Source: Tubulanus polymorphus (Eukaryota; Animalia; Nemertea). From it: 64,000 bases of DNA. The notes under the pieces are model-generated. The model had not been told where the DNA came from and ran no database searches. It was given only the letters and a program-made list of their open reading frames with translations. A program made the position numbers and the translations under genes. Location of the stretch: NCBI RefSeq assembly GCF_964204645.1, contig NC_134026.1, forward strand, positions 13,762,050 to 13,826,049, written 5' to 3'. Numbering within the stretch: position 1 is the first letter of the stretch; each line of letters starts with the position of its first letter. This document shows positions 59,769 to 64,000 of the stretch, in pieces.

Positions 59769-62700
59769 ACCAGATTTTGAATGAACTTACAAAACTAAAA
59801 ACCTATAATACGAATAATTTGTATTTCCCGTTAACCACAAGTAACACCAGTCTAATCAAACTATATGGACATAAAGTCAAAAACTACAAGTATCTAAATT
59901 AAACATTATTAAGTCCAAACACTGTTCTAGTAACTAAACTACTCCCGTAACCCAACTATCGCTAAACTTATAACTTGACTTAGGGTCCTACTAATTGGAA
60001 CTTCATATAAGCAAATATCAAACTCAGACATGATCCAAAATTCCGTTAACTAATTAAGATACAGCTGCTACGAATTAATTCCTCACTACACGTAATCTTT
60101 AAATCTAGCCGGTACGCGTACGTTTCGACCTGATCTCATTTGTACCGGTTGATCGTCAGCCGGCAACTCCGAATCGAGCAAGCCAGAATCGGTGACTATA
60201 CCGTCGGGCCTTGACTCGATGTCAGAATCGGAATTAGATTTCTCGTCAGCATCATCCGCCTCTACGAATTTCTTTAGGTGAGCGGGATTTCTGACGTACT
60301 GGTTACCGCTCTCAGATTGAACCGTTACGCCTTTATCGTCCCTGCTAACTACTACTAAGGCCTTATCCGCGTAACGCGTAGACAGTTTATTCTCTTTTCT
60401 CTGTTCGATCAATACGCGATCACCAGATTTCAGATCGCTTGGTTTAGCTCGACGACGCGTATCTGCGAAATCTTTGCCTTTTTGTTTCTCCTCCCTATCG
60501 CGATCTCTGACGGCCTGATCTGAGACATATTCTCGATCGCCGAACTCAGGCAATTTTGTACGGGTTTCCGGGCCAAACATAATCTTGGACGGCGATACAC
60601 CGGTCGTTTCTCGCGGAGTGGAGTGGTAAGCTAATAAGAACTTATACAGTTCTCCCTGCCAGTCCTTACCCTCCGCTTGTGCAATCCGCATGCTCTTTAG
60701 TAATGTCCTATTTTGCCGTTCTATCTCCCCATTAGCCTGTGGCCAGATGGGGGGCTTAACCTGTGCTCGATATTAATCTCGGCCAGGTAATGTTGGAATT
60801 TTCCGAGATGAATTGCCTCCCGTTGTCAGTTTTCAGCGACCTTGGTAACCCAAACGCTGCGAATATTTTATCTAAACAACGTATTATCTCGCGGGACCTT
60901 AAATCCCTGATTATCTCGACTCCCAAGAATCGGCTATAATAATCGATAATTGCCAATACGTATTCCCCTCCCGGCATCGGGCCAAGGAGGTCTGCGGCGG
61001 TATCCTGCCACGGCCCAGCCGGCAGCTCGTACCTTTTCATCGGTTCCGGTCTAGACGGCAGACTAACAAGTTGGCAACCCCGGCATGGGTTCACAACTCT
61101 CTCTGCATCACGATCTATGCCCGGCCACCATACTTTCGCTCTCAACCGACGCTTCGTTTTCACGATCCCTTGATGGCCCTCATGCGCGAGGCTCACGGCG
61201 CGTTTCCGTGGTGATTCGGGGATAACGATACGGCAGCCCCGTAAGATCAGGTTATCGACAGCGCAAAGTTCAGTCCGAACGTTCTTATACCCCAGCGGAC
61301 AGTCGTGCCACTTATCCGTCTCGATGCACTCTCTGACGATTTGTAGCTTCTCGTCAGACTCGGATGCTCTGCCGATCTCTGAAACCTTCAGCGCGACTGG
61401 CGTAGCGTGAGCTACGATAAACCGCACATACTCCTCGCCCATATTGTCGTCGTTTCCGTCCGACGGATTAATCAGCCGCGATAGCGCGTCTGCGGCCATT
61501 TCTTTACCGGGAATATGCTTGACGGTGAAGTCATAGGGTTGCAAACGTAATACCCACCTCTCAATCCGCGCGAATGGTTTAGACCTTGGCGAATAAATGA
61601 AAGTCAGAGGTTTATGATCCGTAACGATATCGAACCGTATACCGTAAAGAAACGTGTGGAATCTCTCACATGCCCACACGATTCCCAGCGCCTCTCTCTC
61701 CGTTTGCGAATAACGCCTCTCAACCTGAGATAGGCTGCGATTTGCATAATACACGACGCGTTTTACCTTGTCCTGCGTTTGCACTAACATTGCCCCCAGA
61801 CCGACTGGGCTGGCGTCGACTATAATTTCAGTCGGGGCACCCTTTTCGAAATACGCTAGTGTATCTGCTTTACCGAGCTCTAGTTTCAGCTTACCAAACG
61901 CACGGTCGTGTTCTTTACCCCAGTGGAACGATACGCCGTTTCGGGTGAGCAGTCTCAACGGATCCGCGATTGTCGACAAATTATTGATGAATCGACTACT
62001 GAAATTCACCAAGCCCAGGAAGCTCCGGACTTCAGATGCGGAATTCGGCTTCCTTGCCTCGAGAACAGCTTTCACGCAATCTTTGACCAACATACTCTAT
62101 CTCGGGTAAACGTATGTGGCATTTCGGCAGATTCACAGTGAGTCCGTTTTTTGCTAAAGTTTCCAGCACTTTGATAAGACGAGCATCGTGCTCATCGTCC
62201 CCTTTCCCGTGAATAATAAAGTCATCTGAAATGTTCGCGACGCCCGGACAATCAGCAAGAACCTGCTTAACGACATGTTGGAAGAGTTCCGGGGCTGAAC
62301 ATAAGTCTTTTTTAACGGAAAATACCAAGATGACATGAAAACGTTTTTATACTGCGCGATTCCTCTTCAAGTTCTAACTGGTGAAATCCACTCTTCAGAT
62401 CTATCTTACTAAAGACAGTACTACCATTCATGCTCTGAATTACCTCGTCAACCGTCGGAATCGGGTGACGCTCACGTATGACGGCTGTGTTTGCTTGCCG
62501 CATATCTACACAGACGCGAATATCCCCCGACGGTTTCGGCGCAATTACAAGTGGAGAGACCCAGGGCGTCGGTCCTTCCACCTTTTCGATTATGTCTTCC
62601 TCAAGGGGCTGATTAATCTTTGTTTCTAATCTGTCACGCAAGGCGAATGGAATTCTCCGAGAATTCTGCGCTACCGGTTTGATATTCTCATCCACATGGA

Positions 62701-64000
62701 TTTTAGCTTGGTAGCCCTTTAGTTTACCGACCCCCGAACAAATTTCCGGATATCGTTTCTCAATATCGCTTATCGTTATGCGTTTGTCGCTAATTGTATT
62801 AATGCCCAATCCGACCTTGAGAACGCCCAGTTTCTCAGCAGTAGATTTTCCAATCAGCGATCTGCCTTTACCGCTAATAACGAGGAACCGGTCGCCAACT
62901 CCGAGGGTTGTGACGAATTTACCGACTGTAGATAACGGTTCTACTGAACCGTATGGGTGGAGTTTTTTTCGATACCCGCACCGCAGTGCAGCTGATTTTC
63001 TGCTTTTTCAAATAATTCCACGTATCGGAGTCAATCACATTCACGGTTGAACCCGAGTCAACCAACGCTCGTATAATTATATCGCCTACTTTTAAATCGA
63101 TGACGCCATCGCGCATCTCGTGACGCAACGAAAACAAGCTCTCTCCGACGGTGAATGGATATTCGGCCTCGTCATCGGAATCTCCCGCCACTGCGTTTGT
63201 TTTGTTTCTGTGTCTCGGCTCCCGGCCAACAGTGAACTTACTCTTACAGCATTTTGCGAAGTGACCCACTTTTCCACATTTCTTGCAGGAAGCTGACTGG
63301 GCAGGACATGATTTATCTTTTGAAATATGTCCCTGTTTCCCGCAACGGTAACACGTAATATCTGACTTCGCGCCAGAACGATAATTTCTACTGTAAACAT
63401 TCGGCTTCGGTTTCCTCCTATCGACATGATTAACCTCACTTCTCGGTTTAACTTCCTCCATCTGCCTAGACTGTATATCGACGGCTTCCATAGCTCTGGC
63501 TAGACTCAAAACAGTATTCAAATCGAGGGCTTCGCCTTTCTGAAGAAGTTCCCTTCGTAGCTGCGAGGACCTACATGATTCAACGACATGATCGCAAATC
63601 TGTTCCTTCTCGTCGGCAAACTCAGTTTTTCGCCTGATTGCGTAATCTGGCAACAAACTGGTCTACTGTTTCCGAACCCTCCTGTTTCAGGGAACGAAAA
63701 ATGTGTCTTTCGAAAGTTTTATTTAATTTCGGGACGAAAAATTATCTAACTTACGAACCGCCTTTTTGAACTCATCATCTTGCTCGCCTGGGACTCCAGG
63801 AACGAAACCTACTTCTGGTAGTGTTTCAAACATTTCCTGTACATCCATTCCGGCTGAGTGGAGTAACAGGGCTCTCTTCTGGCCCGCGTCCCGTATACCC
63901 TTTCCTTCGACGTAATAAAGAAACGCTTTCATTCACCGTTTCCATCTGGGTCCCACGCTCGAAGCATCCTCAGCACAGTCAAACTTTACCATCGGAGCGA
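59609..64000 (-). mobile_element. Ty3/Gypsy LTR retrotransposon (gag-PR-RT-RH-INT), frameshifted; 5' end beyond window
   Basis: Gag CYRCGKQGH..C / CKKCGKVGHFAKCC, protease LVDSGS, RT PWVSP..RVCVDMR..SKIDLKSGFHQ..NISDD, RNase H VDASPVG..YSQTEREAL..TDHKPL, integrase HEGH..CRGC, DLLGP, TDNG. Confidence 0.95.

Noticed and set aside
62220-62240. Gypsy RT active site NISDD instead of YxDD
   Set aside because: From recall, this variant occurs in related invertebrate Gypsy lineages, and this copy is frameshifted. Not treated as novel.

Overview
Repeat-dense, AT-rich eukaryotic DNA, most consistent with an invertebrate animal genome. It carries four copies or fragments of one Polinton/Maverick-type endogenous dsDNA virus family. 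Copy A (<1-2576) has an apparently open pPolB and one terminus. Copy B (~6190-14820) is a decayed structural block with major capsid protein, packaging ATPase and integrase. Copy C (~41243-44216) is rearranged. Copy D (45884-56457) is complete end to end, with ~385-bp TIRs and a 6-bp AGTACA TSD, but lacks the capsid block and sits inside the 5' LTR of a BEL/Pao retrotransposon. Two features of this family stand out. First, each terminus is itself a long imperfect fold-back hairpin whose conserved mismatches are G-T wobbles only on the strand ending at the 3' terminus. Second, most gene starts read TAAATG, often after a T-run, resembling poxvirus post-replicative promoters. Also present: a near-intact Penelope-like retroelement with a minimal hammerhead ribozyme in each pseudo-LTR, a GATACC satellite, fragments of Sola-, piggyBac-, hAT-, Harbinger-, L2/CR1-, BEL- and Gypsy-type elements, several MITEs, and two exons of a probable host C2H2 zinc-finger gene. 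All family assignments are by motif recognition, without database searches.
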